A DNA stretch of 64,000 nt from an uncultured virus (IMG/VR IMGVR_UViG_3300007171_000042) (lineage: Duplodnaviria; Heunggongvirae; Uroviricota; Caudoviricetes). The notes beneath the pieces were generated by a model. The model ran no database searches and had not been told where the DNA came from. It saw only the letters and a list, made by a program, of their open reading frames with translations. The DNA lies in the IMG/VR virus record IMGVR_UViG_3300007171_000042, positions 1 to 64,000 of that record. The stretch is one strand, 5' to 3'. Made by a program: the position numbers and the translations under genes. This document shows, piece by piece, positions 20,294 to 31,001 of this stretch. Each line of letters begins with the position of its first letter. The first letter of the stretch is position 1.

Positions 20294-23200
20294 TTACAAC
20301 TTAGGTTTCTTTTTTATCTCTTTTAATTGTTTAGCACGATCTAATCCGGCACAATCTTCTTTTGCTTTTTTTGCTTGGTCTATATCATCTTGATCAAACA
20401 TCTCCCCTGCGTTTACACTGTTAAGTCTGTCTGCTAATGATTGCTTAGGAGGTGTAGATTGTTCTGAGGCAGCTAGTTCTGCATCGTAATCTTTGATAAA
20501 GTCTTCCAAAGTATAAGTCTGACCATACTTTTTACCCAACCTTACTTGTTCTGCTGATACAGTATTTTCTAAAGGAATAATACCATTAGCAGAGGATTTA
20601 TCTTTTTCAGAGTATTCTACTTTTTCAAAGTTTTCAATATCTTGAATCAAAGGTTTAGCAGCCAAACTAAGTAACAAGTCTTTTGGAGAGCCATACTTTT
20701 CATTTATATTTTTTAATTCATCTAGGCTAATAGACTGATAAGTACCTGTCTTATCATTAAATTTTGCTATTTCCCACCTGACATTGCCTTTTACATTAGT
20801 TATATAAAATGCGGCAAATTTTTGTTTCTTATAAGTAAATCTAAAATTAGACTCTTCTTGGTCGAATATTACATGAGTAATCTCTCCTTCATTAATTTCT
20901 ATAGGAGTAGCTAGTTTAGCACCAGCTATTTTTATAGCTTCAGACAAATTAGTTACTTCATTTCCTGGTTTAGGATTATCTATACCTGCTATTTTATTTT
21001 GAAGTTTATATTTTACAGATTCTCTAGAAGGTTTGGCATCATCCTTTTGTTTTCTTTTTTCAAAATCAGTCTTAGAAATCACAGTTTGAGTAGGAGCAGT
21101 AGGAATAACTGGAGCAGTATTTTGTTTAGGCATAGTTAATTGGATAGACTTTTTATCTATACCTCTTACTTCTAAATCATCGTTGCTTAACATCACTAGA
21201 GGAAAAGGCTTCTCTCTACCTGGTAATTGTATGCCTACAAAAATAAATATAGGATTACTATCAGTTGTATAAGGAACAATTCCGTAAGCACTTTTACTAG
21301 AGTCTGTGTACTCTATAGAGTTGTAGGTCACTTTGCCTGGATTATCATAGATAAATTGTACCAGTTGATCGTATAACTCTGGAGTAAGATTGTCATAAGC
21401 ACCTTTAAATAAACTGTTAAGTATTGGATTTTTTTCTACTACTTCTTTAAGTTTTGCATGTTGTACTAGGTGAAGATCTACTGCCTCAGGTTGATTTGTA
21501 CTAGTAGAAACACTAGGACTCGATACACTTGGTTGTACTTGAGGAGGAGTGGGCTGAGTTTTAGGAAGAACCTCGAGTACTTTTTTCTCAAATTCTTTTT
21601 GATCAGGATAAACTACTTTATTTATTGGTGTAATAAGTTCTCCCCCAGCTGTCACAGGAAAAGTATGTGTATCTTTTAGATAGTCAGAATAAGATTGTTT
21701 AGTTGTTACTATCTTACCATCGACCAAAGATACTCGTATCATAGGATCTCCATTTTGTAATATAGTACGATCTGCTTTATAAAAACTTTTCTTTAAGAAA
21801 TCCAAGAACTCTTCCTTGGTCAAAATCTTATTAACAGGTTTACCGTTTACATAGGTAGTCTGAACAACAGTAAGTGGGTACTCTACTGCTTCGGACTTAC
21901 TTGGATAATTATTATTAGGAAAAAAATGTACCCGATTCTTCTTATCTATAATGTTAATAAGACTAAACAAATACTTTTCTAATCCAGCCTGATCTACAAA
22001 GTCACTAGGAATTGTTTCAGAGAATATCATTTCTGCTATTGCCTCTGCCTCTTGCTCTTGTATATTAGTATTGCCTAGAATAACGGGATTACCATTGTTA
22101 TTAAAGTATATACGACCTAAGTTAAACTTAAAAGTCTTACCAAAAATTTCCTGACCTTCTGAGTCTGCAATCTCAAAGTCACTAGCATTAGATTGTGCAA
22201 TGGTTTCGTTTTCTATCTCAGCTGCTTTCTTTTGACTAGCGGATTTAGGTAATACTCCTTCAGACACACTAAACTCTGTATCAACAAAAGAATAAGGATT
22301 TTCAGTTAAAAATGTTCTTAACCTTTTTACATCCTGTAAAGTCTTACTATGTTCTTCTGGGAAAACTACATCTTTACCCTTAGAGACAAGTTTGGTTAAG
22401 TTTAATTGTAGAGGATACCCATCAAATAGAGATAAAGAACCTTCTTCTTGATTAGGAGCAGTAATCATAACAGCAGAGTTAACTGTGAATCCATCTCCTT
22501 TGTTAACTATAAAGTATCCCAAGGTAGACCTATCAAAGTATTCTTCTCCTAAAAGCTCGTGCATTGGGGCTAATATAGCATCTTGTTGTTCCCTAGTTAA
22601 AGCATTCCATTGTTCTATAGTCATAGAGTTATTCTCAAAAATTGACTCTATTCTACGAAAATCTTCATCTATTTGCTCTTCTGTTTTATCGGGATACTTC
22701 ATAGCTAGGAATACCATTGCTGTTCCTTTTCTACTCTGTATTCTAATTTGAGCACCTGGACCACCAAGTGACTCAATTGCTTTAGCATTTCTTACTTCTG
22801 CAGGATCTGTTCTTCGTACATCTTTACTGTCAAACTCTATTGCTGCACTCCTTAAGGGAGAATTTAATTCTAATAATCTTGCTTCTCTTCGAGCAAGTTG
22901 GGCATCTAAAGCTTTATTTTTAGTTTCTGTATTTAGATTTGCTGGCAAAGGATTTGCTACGGGTGTAGCAGCTACTACAGGTGCAGAAGCAGCAGTAGTA
23001 GGTAACTCTTCTCGTACAAATCTTTTAGCAAAGTATGATACAGCGTTCAATGAAGCAAGTTTATTTTCTGCTGTATCAGAGTTTGTTTTATTTCTTTTTC
23101 TAGCTGCAATATCTTTAGATATGATATCAGCCATACTAGCTATACTTTGTTCAAACTGAGAAATAGTAATACTCTTGTTAAAGAGACTATTTACAAGACC

Positions 23201-26200
23201 AACAATGTAGTCAAAGTCTCTTGTTCCTCTACCGAACTTTCTTGCTACTATATTAACTAAAAATTCTTTAAATTTATTTATATAATCTGTGGGATACTTT
23301 TTCTTATAGTCGCCTACTTGCTTAGCATATCCCTCTTTAAAAGTTAATTTAGTTTGAGATTTACCCGACTCATCTATAGGTTGGGTAGGAGAAGAAGTGG
23401 TAGAAGAAGCAGGAGTATTAGAGGGAGTAGAAGGAGTACTTGCAGTATTAACCATTGAAGAAAATTCTTCTACATCTGCATTTTCTTCGTCAGTTAATCC
23501 TTCTTCAGTTACAGGTTGACCAGCAATTTCCTGTGCTTTCATTTCCGATCTTCTTTGAATTAAAGCTTCTCTGGCTATATCTAATTCTTCTACAGTAAAT
23601 TTTATACCAGGAAATTGTTTATTTAAAGCTTCTACATTGTAAGCATACATTGCATTTTTAGGTGCAACATTGTCTAAGAAAACAGCTAATGCTGATTGGC
23701 GTTCTTCTGGAGTAGCAGTAAGAAGTTTTTCTAGAATCCGTACTTGACTTGCAGCTAAGTTTTCGTCTGCTGTAAGTGCCATCTCCTGATTAATAAAATC
23801 AGAATTATCTTCTATCTGATTACGAAGCTTAGTAATACCATAAAGATCCAAAGTATTTTCTAAGGTATCATAGTCTATATTCTCTATAGACTGTTCTAAA
23901 AAGTTTCTTCCAGATTCGTCCCTTTGATTTGTAAGTTGATCAAATCTTTCTCCATAAGCATCTAGCAAACGTTCTCTGTTTGCAATCTGTGCTTTATCCT
24001 TATAGTTTCCTTTAAGTTTAAGATAATCTAGATCTCTTTGTACATTTACTCTAGATTGTATAAGTTCCTGTGGATCCGTAATCTGATCAAGACTAGCTAT
24101 TTTTTCATCGTAGGCATTAGAAATAACTTTAGCTTTCTCTTCTTCAGATAAATTAGCATACTTTTCTATTCTCTTCTGGGTCTTTAAAATATCAGTAGTA
24201 ACCTTAGATAACTCAGCATCAATGTCTGCTTGAGTATATTCAAAGTCTTTCTCGCCTATAATTCCTTTTTCTTTTAAAAACTTTTCTTCTTCTGCTGTTA
24301 AATCTTTTTTATTTATTGTTTTTATGTTAGCTCTTCGGATAGCATAGTATTCTTTTGACAGATCTTTAATTTTTTTATCATTCTCTACGGTCAACTCTTC
24401 TTTATACAGACCCACAAGTTCTTTTCTAATCTCATCCATTCTAGCTCTTCCTTTAGAGTCTATTTTATCTGCAAGTTTTCTAGTTGCAAATATTTGCTTC
24501 TCTTGATCAGTTAGGGCATCGTAATTAATATCAACTAGTTCGTCAGCTCTTAGATGATTAATAAAATAGTTGTACTGTTCATCTTTGTCTTCTAACAATG
24601 TCTTAGCATCTCTAATGCTATCAAAACCAAACAAACCATTTAAAACAGCTGACTTCCTATTAACATCTAGTACAGCTTGAGCATATTGTTGGTCAGAAAT
24701 ACTACCTTTTTCATTAAGCTGTTTTAACTTAGCTTTAAATAGCTCTGGATTATTTGCTGCTTCCCAGTCTGCTTGATTCTGAACATGCGACTTATTACCT
24801 GCGGCATATCCTTGAAATCCAGTTGTAAACCCTGAGTAGATAGCGCCTGCTGCAAAAGACTCAACAAAAGTATCAAGCATACTCTCACCAGTTATTTCTG
24901 TTTTATCTCTACCTACAAACTCTTCAGGCATGAGTGTAGTCTCTAAAAAAGCATTTCCTAGTAATGAAAGCTCTTCTTCTAGTGCTTCTACTGCGTTTTG
25001 TTTAAGTCCAATAACTCCAAATTGTCCAGCAGAATTAAAGAAGTTTCTAGCATTGTCAGTAAACTTAAGTTCAATTCCTGCTGCTCGTTTTGCTGAAGTA
25101 GCTAGATCTGCTTGAAAAGGTTTAAACTTTAAAGCCCCAACGTCAGGGAATCCAATACCCTCAGTCAAACCTTCTACTGATGCTTTAGCTAGTGCTCTTT
25201 TAAAATAGTTGCCTCCCCACTTTTTTTCTTCTGCAATCATTGTAGGTAAGGTACCAGCAGTAACTGTTGCAAAAGTAGAGAGTCTATCAGCCATTCGAAG
25301 TTCTTTACCAAATGCAGATACTTTATTTAAGGTAGAATATCCTTCTGCTAACTTAGCAGCTGCATCAATACTTTTTGCAGCTCCTCCTACTACTCCTCCT
25401 ACCACAGATCCTACAGAAAGAATAGGTAACATTTGACTTATCATAGCAGCACCTGCCTCAGGTATTGCTCCAAAATTAAAACCAGTAGAACCATCTTCTT
25501 TCTCATACATAAACTGATTAGACATTACTGGCTTACCATCAGGTGTATAAGAAATTACTTCAGGAGCATACAATGCTTTCTTATAAATAGTTCCCTCAAA
25601 GTCACTCCTACTACTAAAGGCATTTGATAAATCTACTACTCCTGAAAGTAAAGAATTTGCAGTTCCTCCTCTGCCTTTTCCTCCTAATCTTTCATAATCA
25701 GGTTCGTATTTATTAACTCCATAAATCTTAGCGTTCTCTTTTTGGCGTTTGTCTAATAACTCTAGAGACTGTCTATAAGAAGTAATTAAACGATCATTCT
25801 CTTTGTTTACTGACTCATCTTTTGATTTAGGAGAGACTATAAGTTCTGTAAGTTTTGAACTAATTGCGGAACGTAAAGAACCAATAGTTTCGTTCTCTAA
25901 ATCATATTTAAAGTACTTCTTAGCAAGGTCATCAGGATTTTTAAGTGAATTTAAAGCTTGTTGTTGAAACTGTTTAGCTTCTGGTCCTTCTCGATAGAAG
26001 TCATTCCCTCTTGTGATAAAATTATCTTGTAACTTAGTCGTTAATAAGTCATCAAAAGCATTCTGAGCAACAGGAGAAGCTAGACTTTGTTTTAGCTTTT
26101 TGTTTAACTCATCCGGACTCCCGTAACTATTTAAAAGATTAACACCAAAAGATTTGTAATCAATCTCATTTATATGGGATTTAATATTAGTAACGAGATC

Positions 26201-26689
26201 AGATGGTGTTAACCACTTAGTAGACTCATTTAAATCTATATCTTTAGACTTAAGTAATTTGTCTTTACCCTCAACTACACCACGAGCTCTGCCATACCAG
26301 TTAAGTAAAGAGTCTCCCAACTCTGCAACATCAAACAAATACTTATTATCTTCTGCTTTTTCTCTAATTGATTCTAGCTCTTGATGAATAGCATTAATAG
26401 AATTTTTATCTCTTGCTCCTTCTATACGACTAAACATTGAAGCAGCAGACTTCTCTGCTAAAATTGGATTATCATAAGCCTGCATATACAGACTCTTTAA
26501 AGAATTTAATTTTAAGTTTCTATTTTCTTCTACTAATTTATTCTGATAGTTTTGATCAGCAATAGCGCCTTTGCGTAACGTAGTTTCAAAAGACTGTAAA
26601 CCTCTTTCAGAATTAAGTTGTCTATCTGCAGCTACAGTTAAGTCTTTTGTTCCATAGAAGGGATTAAATCCAAGATTACCAGATGGCAT
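20294..26689 (-). CDS. Giant ejected virion protein (first gene of the crAss-like RNAP cluster), possible membrane-channel former
   Basis: 2131 aa; Gly/Ala-rich hydrophobic segment AGAAMISQMLPILSVGSVVGGVVGGAA; Pro/Ser/Thr linkers; synteny with RNAP. Confidence 0.7.
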   Translation of the reverse strand: MPSGNLGFNPFYGTKDLTVAADRQLNSERGLQSFETTLRKGAIADQNYQNKLVEENRNLKLNSLKSLYMQAYDNPILAEKSAASMFSRIEGARDKNSINAIHQELESIREKAEDNKYLFDVAELGDSLLNWYGRARGVVEGKDKLLKSKDIDLNESTKWLTPSDLVTNIKSHINEIDYKSFGVNLLNSYGSPDELNKKLKQSLASPVAQNAFDDLLTTKLQDNFITRGNDFYREGPEAKQFQQQALNSLKNPDDLAKKYFKYDLENETIGSLRSAISSKLTELIVSPKSKDESVNKENDRLITSYRQSLELLDKRQKENAKIYGVNKYEPDYERLGGKGRGGTANSLLSGVVDLSNAFSSRSDFEGTIYKKALYAPEVISYTPDGKPVMSNQFMYEKEDGSTGFNFGAIPEAGAAMISQMLPILSVGSVVGGVVGGAAKSIDAAAKLAEGYSTLNKVSAFGKELRMADRLSTFATVTAGTLPTMIAEEKKWGGNYFKRALAKASVEGLTEGIGFPDVGALKFKPFQADLATSAKRAAGIELKFTDNARNFFNSAGQFGVIGLKQNAVEALEEELSLLGNAFLETTLMPEEFVGRDKTEITGESMLDTFVESFAAGAIYSGFTTGFQGYAAGNKSHVQNQADWEAANNPELFKAKLKQLNEKGSISDQQYAQAVLDVNRKSAVLNGLFGFDSIRDAKTLLEDKDEQYNYFINHLRADELVDINYDALTDQEKQIFATRKLADKIDSKGRARMDEIRKELVGLYKEELTVENDKKIKDLSKEYYAIRRANIKTINKKDLTAEEEKFLKEKGIIGEKDFEYTQADIDAELSKVTTDILKTQKRIEKYANLSEEEKAKVISNAYDEKIASLDQITDPQELIQSRVNVQRDLDYLKLKGNYKDKAQIANRERLLDAYGERFDQLTNQRDESGRNFLEQSIENIDYDTLENTLDLYGITKLRNQIEDNSDFINQEMALTADENLAASQVRILEKLLTATPEERQSALAVFLDNVAPKNAMYAYNVEALNKQFPGIKFTVEELDIAREALIQRRSEMKAQEIAGQPVTEEGLTDEENADVEEFSSMVNTASTPSTPSNTPASSTTSSPTQPIDESGKSQTKLTFKEGYAKQVGDYKKKYPTDYINKFKEFLVNIVARKFGRGTRDFDYIVGLVNSLFNKSITISQFEQSIASMADIISKDIAARKRNKTNSDTAENKLASLNAVSYFAKRFVREELPTTAASAPVVAATPVANPLPANLNTETKNKALDAQLARREARLLELNSPLRSAAIEFDSKDVRRTDPAEVRNAKAIESLGGPGAQIRIQSRKGTAMVFLAMKYPDKTEEQIDEDFRRIESIFENNSMTIEQWNALTREQQDAILAPMHELLGEEYFDRSTLGYFIVNKGDGFTVNSAVMITAPNQEEGSLSLFDGYPLQLNLTKLVSKGKDVVFPEEHSKTLQDVKRLRTFLTENPYSFVDTEFSVSEGVLPKSASQKKAAEIENETIAQSNASDFEIADSEGQEIFGKTFKFNLGRIYFNNNGNPVILGNTNIQEQEAEAIAEMIFSETIPSDFVDQAGLEKYLFSLINIIDKKNRVHFFPNNNYPSKSEAVEYPLTVVQTTYVNGKPVNKILTKEEFLDFLKKSFYKADRTILQNGDPMIRVSLVDGKIVTTKQSYSDYLKDTHTFPVTAGGELITPINKVVYPDQKEFEKKVLEVLPKTQPTPPQVQPSVSSPSVSTSTNQPEAVDLHLVQHAKLKEVVEKNPILNSLFKGAYDNLTPELYDQLVQFIYDNPGKVTYNSIEYTDSSKSAYGIVPYTTDSNPIFIFVGIQLPGREKPFPLVMLSNDDLEVRGIDKKSIQLTMPKQNTAPVIPTAPTQTVISKTDFEKRKQKDDAKPSRESVKYKLQNKIAGIDNPKPGNEVTNLSEAIKIAGAKLATPIEINEGEITHVIFDQEESNFRFTYKKQKFAAFYITNVKGNVRWEIAKFNDKTGTYQSISLDELKNINEKYGSPKDLLLSLAAKPLIQDIENFEKVEYSEKDKSSANGIIPLENTVSAEQVRLGKKYGQTYTLEDFIKDYDAELAASEQSTPPKQSLADRLNSVNAGEMFDQDDIDQAKKAKEDCAGLDRAKQLKEIKKKPKL

Positions 26690-26703
26690 AAGTATTTATA
26701 TTA

Positions 26704-28383
26704 TTATTTGGTAAGTTTACCAATTTGATTAATGTGAGGTAAGATAGCACTTGCATTTTCGTTTAAAAAGTCTTTAACTCTTTGTTTACGAATATAGTTT
26801 TTAGTCCCATCTGAAACAGTGTATTGAATAGTTTGTTCTGGACTAACATCTTCCCCTGATAGACTCATAAGTAGACCTTTAAGTTTATGTAGATACAATT
26901 CTCTATTCTTACCTAATACTATATCTAACTTTGTAGTACCTGGAGTATCAACATTATTTTCAGCCTGTGCTATCTTTAAAACATCTGCAACAGTAGAATT
27001 TCTTTTTATACTACCATCTTTATTTGTAGTATAGTTTGCAACTAAGGTTTTTCCATCTGGTGATAATTTATATCCTCCTAAATTACTTATACCTTCATTA
27101 AGAACTCTGTTGTCTTCAGCACTAAGATTTTGCATTGTACTAAAGTCTTGATATACATTAAAGTTTTCTGGATTTAAATCGCTGTCCTTTGCAGGCATAA
27201 ATCCTACAGGTGTTCCTTGCTTCTTGCTAGAAGATCCATCAGCAGAAGTACTTAATCCCATTTGATCCAATAAGGCAGCTTTCTGAATATCTACTTGAGC
27301 CTTAGCTTGATACTCTCCGATACTTAAAGAACTCTTATATGCTTCTAATGTGTATTTATTTTCTTCAAGATCACTTTCAATCTGTTTGTAGGCATATCCT
27401 TCTGCAGCATTGAATATTTGGTCGTCTACTAAATAAGACACTAACTCATTTTGATTAATTGTTTCTGAACTCTGATTAAGTTTATCTGCAGTAGCATTTC
27501 TATACATCCGAGTTTTTTTAAGTTCCGCATCAATTCTTAAAGTCGTAGGATCATTTTCACCCAATTTATTCACCGCTTGTTTATATCTACCCTCTAACTC
27601 ATTTACTCTATTATCGTAAGCATTTAAGTTGTTTTGTTGAGATTGTTGCCACTGGTTAAACACATTTTCTTTACCTCTAATCTCCAGGTTATATGCAGCA
27701 TCCATCTGAAGTTGCTCTTCTTCCTGGGGAGTTAATATAGACCTATAAGCCTTCATAAAACGATCCTGATCTACTCCAGAAATTTTTTGTTTAGTAATCC
27801 AACGTCCATCAGGAGATTGTTCATATACAGTTTCAATATTGGGCTTAAGATCTTTTGATACTTCAGACCATTTTTTTACCGTCCCTTCTGCATAAGGTTT
27901 ATAAGCACTATAATTTAACTGAGCACCTACATTAGGATCTTCCATCCAAGATCTAATCCCCTTAAAATAGAAATGATCGTTTACAGGAGATTTAAGTTTA
28001 GGATCTAACTTCTTATAATCTTCCATCATCTTACTGTAGTTCTTAGAAGAGTTTACAGCGTTAATTAAGTTAGGGTCATTCTCAAAAGGTTTCCCTATTC
28101 CTAAAACAGCTTGTACATTAGACTTATTAGAAAAGTCTAAGCCTGCACTAGAATTAATTGCTTTAACTAATCCACTCATAGATTTGTCAAAGTATTCTTT
28201 GTCTTGATCTTTTACTAGTTGATTACGAATTTGACCATAGGTATCTATCTGTTTTTGTACTAAGCTTCTACCTTCGTCATACATCTCTTGTTTCTTAACA
28301 GCAAGTTTAATTAACTCGTCTGCTGGAAAAGGAGAGATGTATTCGGGATACTCAAATTTTGTATGTCTTGCTCCTATTGGCAT
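26704..28383 (-). CDS. Internal virion (cargo/ejection) protein
   Basis: 559 aa, helical, no Cys seen; position between tail genes and giant genes matches crAss-like cargo genes. Confidence 0.6.
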   Translation of the reverse strand: MPIGARHTKFEYPEYISPFPADELIKLAVKKQEMYDEGRSLVQKQIDTYGQIRNQLVKDQDKEYFDKSMSGLVKAINSSAGLDFSNKSNVQAVLGIGKPFENDPNLINAVNSSKNYSKMMEDYKKLDPKLKSPVNDHFYFKGIRSWMEDPNVGAQLNYSAYKPYAEGTVKKWSEVSKDLKPNIETVYEQSPDGRWITKQKISGVDQDRFMKAYRSILTPQEEEQLQMDAAYNLEIRGKENVFNQWQQSQQNNLNAYDNRVNELEGRYKQAVNKLGENDPTTLRIDAELKKTRMYRNATADKLNQSSETINQNELVSYLVDDQIFNAAEGYAYKQIESDLEENKYTLEAYKSSLSIGEYQAKAQVDIQKAALLDQMGLSTSADGSSSKKQGTPVGFMPAKDSDLNPENFNVYQDFSTMQNLSAEDNRVLNEGISNLGGYKLSPDGKTLVANYTTNKDGSIKRNSTVADVLKIAQAENNVDTPGTTKLDIVLGKNRELYLHKLKGLLMSLSGEDVSPEQTIQYTVSDGTKNYIRKQRVKDFLNENASAILPHINQIGKLTK

Positions 28384-28388
28384 AGTTT

Positions 28389-30710
28389 TTATTTTTTAGA
28401 TTTTTTATACATACCCTTCTTAGCTGTAGCTGGGGGTGTACTATACGAGAAGTTTCCTGAGGGTTTTAAAACAAATTTACCTGTAGAGTCTACATCAAAG
28501 TTACTGATTAAGTTTGTAATGTATGCATCTTTAAGATTCTCTTCTTGATCAAACATACCTTTTTTATTTGTTAGACTAGCAATAGCTGACATCTTTTCTG
28601 CCGATTGTGCATCTCTTGCAGATCCAATTAAATCATTATAAACTTTATCAAAGTATTGCGCATTGTATAAGTCGGCAGTTTGTCTCATCTGTGCATTAGT
28701 CAAATCAGCTCTAGAACGACCTTCAGCATCATAATTTTGTTTAGTCTGGAAAGCCTTCTGTTTAGCATCCAATCCTGCAATGTAAACATCTAGAGGATTT
28801 GCTCCAGCTCTTACACTTGCTGATCCCATGTTATCAATATCTTGTAACTCACTTTGAATGTTTAGAGTTTGAGGACGTACATAGGGAGCATCTACTTCAG
28901 GAATAGCGTATGGGTAAATTTCTTGTGCCTGAGCTAACCCAAATGCTTCAGGGATAGCTTGATATAAAGGAAATTCTCCACGGATATATTGTCCTTGGTT
29001 TCCTCCAGGAGGGACATTATAGGTAGGAGTATTGGGAGGAACACCTTTTCCTGGAGGAGTCTCTGGAGTAGTAGGAGGAGTTTTCTTTTTGATAGCATCG
29101 TAATGCTCAAAGCCAAACTTAAAATCATCTTTTAAATCTGGACGAAACTGTGCCTCTGGTAGATACTTTGTAAATCCTTTATAAAACTTTTCTCTAAAAT
29201 CTTTACTATTATATAATGCTTTAGGATCTTCTATGTTATAATCATTAGGATTAATGCCTATTAGCTCAAATGCTTTTTTACGCATTCCTAACTCGTCTAA
29301 CTTAGCAGCTTCTTCCATACCCAACTCTTCCTCTACTAATCTTCTTTCGTAATCCTGTGGAGTTAGACCTGCATAGTACCCTTCATATCCAGGAGCAGAT
29401 TGTCCTTTTAAACGAGGATTAGCTGTCTGTACTAGATTCTTATATCCTTGAATATTGGCGGCTGCAGCAATTTCTCTTAACTTAGAAGAAGGAAGACCTT
29501 CGGGAACTTCTAATCTCCAAGCACCTTTACCGCCTCCTGCTTGAGGGTCCCAGTTTACATACTCTTGTAAGTTTTTTGGGATACCTGCTTTAGAAGGAGG
29601 ATTACCTCCGTTAGCCATATTAGCAGTAATCTTAGCTTGTACATAACCAGGCAATGCTTTAAATCCTGGGTTATCAATACCTGCGCCATTCTTAGCCATT
29701 ACCTCTCCATTAGAGTTACCATTCATAATCTGTTGATCTCTAAATAAATCATCAAGAATCTTTTGATTACGTTGCATCATAAGATTAGCGGTATCCTTAT
29801 CTACTTGTTTAGCAAAAGGATTCTCTAAAGTCTTTTTATAAGAAGTAATATCGTAGTTCTTAGCAATCTGAGCAAAAGTTTTCTTAGAACCTTCTGGCTT
29901 TAAGTTATTAGAGTATACACGAGTCTCATCAGGAAGGTTTGTAGGAATACCCCCATTAGCGTGAGAAGGTCCTTCAGCCAACTCTGTGTCAAAGTTAGGA
30001 AGTTGGATAAACTCTCCTCCTTCAATTTCTACATCGTTCATGCCTTCACTAGCATAACGTTTATTTATTTTTGCACCCATTTCGGCTTTAATTACAGGTT
30101 GATACTCTGTTCCTCCACTAGTAGTACGGCCATACATATAATTGTAGTCATAGAGAGGTTTGGAGTTTCTTTGTTGAATTGATTGTGTTAATTTTTCTCG
30201 GTTTGCTAAGTCTTGATTATAGGCCAAAGCTGTATCTACTCCAAGCAAACCTAAACCTATCCCTTCTCCTAAATCTTTTCCTAACTTAGGAAACTTAAAC
30301 TGTTTCTGAGGATCAAATTGAGATGCTACTTCATTACTTATATCCTGTGCTTTTTGCACACTCTCAGGAGTAGAAGTGAAGTACTCGGTTGCGTTTAATG
30401 TTTGTTCTTGATTAAGAATATTGTTAGCCATTCTATCGCCTACACCTTGACGATCTACGATGCCAAAGTCAAAAGACTGATCAAAAGATTCTGGAGAGAT
30501 TTCTAGTTTACCATATCTCTTCTCATATTCTTCTTTTGTTTTAGGAGTCCCTACTCCCATCATGCTAGGAGTAATAGGTTTAATTTTATTTGCTATTTCC
30601 TCAATAGTAGGATAGTCCTGAACAGGCTCTAAGCCAGCTCCAGATACCTTGTCTACAGGTTCATTCATACCCCCTGTACCAAATCTCTTAAAAAGATTGC
30701 TTCTTAACAT
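28389..30710 (-). CDS. Internal virion cargo protein
   Basis: 773 aa; VEIEGGE...GPSHANGGIP motif recalled from crAss-like cargo proteins; repeated xxxG[GAM] motifs; no Cys seen. Confidence 0.6.
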   Translation of the reverse strand: MLRSNLFKRFGTGGMNEPVDKVSGAGLEPVQDYPTIEEIANKIKPITPSMMGVGTPKTKEEYEKRYGKLEISPESFDQSFDFGIVDRQGVGDRMANNILNQEQTLNATEYFTSTPESVQKAQDISNEVASQFDPQKQFKFPKLGKDLGEGIGLGLLGVDTALAYNQDLANREKLTQSIQQRNSKPLYDYNYMYGRTTSGGTEYQPVIKAEMGAKINKRYASEGMNDVEIEGGEFIQLPNFDTELAEGPSHANGGIPTNLPDETRVYSNNLKPEGSKKTFAQIAKNYDITSYKKTLENPFAKQVDKDTANLMMQRNQKILDDLFRDQQIMNGNSNGEVMAKNGAGIDNPGFKALPGYVQAKITANMANGGNPPSKAGIPKNLQEYVNWDPQAGGGKGAWRLEVPEGLPSSKLREIAAAANIQGYKNLVQTANPRLKGQSAPGYEGYYAGLTPQDYERRLVEEELGMEEAAKLDELGMRKKAFELIGINPNDYNIEDPKALYNSKDFREKFYKGFTKYLPEAQFRPDLKDDFKFGFEHYDAIKKKTPPTTPETPPGKGVPPNTPTYNVPPGGNQGQYIRGEFPLYQAIPEAFGLAQAQEIYPYAIPEVDAPYVRPQTLNIQSELQDIDNMGSASVRAGANPLDVYIAGLDAKQKAFQTKQNYDAEGRSRADLTNAQMRQTADLYNAQYFDKVYNDLIGSARDAQSAEKMSAIASLTNKKGMFDQEENLKDAYITNLISNFDVDSTGKFVLKPSGNFSYSTPPATAKKGMYKKSKK

Positions 30711-30773
30711 GTTTTAATGATTAATGTTATTAACTTAGTATGTTAATAACTGCTTGGAAATAAGCTAGTTATA

Positions 30774-30803
30774 CAAATATACAAGATTAATAAAAAAAAG
30801 CAA
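30774..30803 (-). promoter_or_regulatory. Bacteroidota-type promoter
   Basis: TTG (30801-30803), 19-nt spacer, TATATTTG (30774-30781). Confidence 0.7.
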
Positions 30804-30822
30804 GGGGTAATTGCTTACCCCT
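30792..30822 (-). terminator. Rho-independent terminator
   Basis: Inverted repeat aggggtaa/ttacccct (30803-30822) followed on the minus strand by U8 (30792-30799). Confidence 0.7.
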
Positions 30823-30970
30823 GACCTCGTGATTTCTTTAAGTAGTTCTTACTAGACTTTAACTTTGAAGCTTTAGTTTTTGCTACTACTCCTTTTCTGC
30901 GGATCTTTGGTTTAACTTTAAACTTTGAAGCAGTAGAAGTTGATTTTGATTTAGATGCTTTAGCGGCCAT
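30815..30970 (-). CDS. Small, very basic protein (51 aa; below ORF-track cutoff)
   Basis: MAAKASKSKSTSTASKFKVKPKIRRKGVVAKTKASKLKSSKNYLKKSRGQG*; A-rich leader; fills the gap between 31002 and the terminator. Confidence 0.75.
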   Translation of the reverse strand: MAAKASKSKSTSTASKFKVKPKIRRKGVVAKTKASKLKSSKNYLKKSRGQG

Positions 30971-31001
30971 ATATTTAGTTTTAGTTTTTTAATTTTGGTT
31001 T

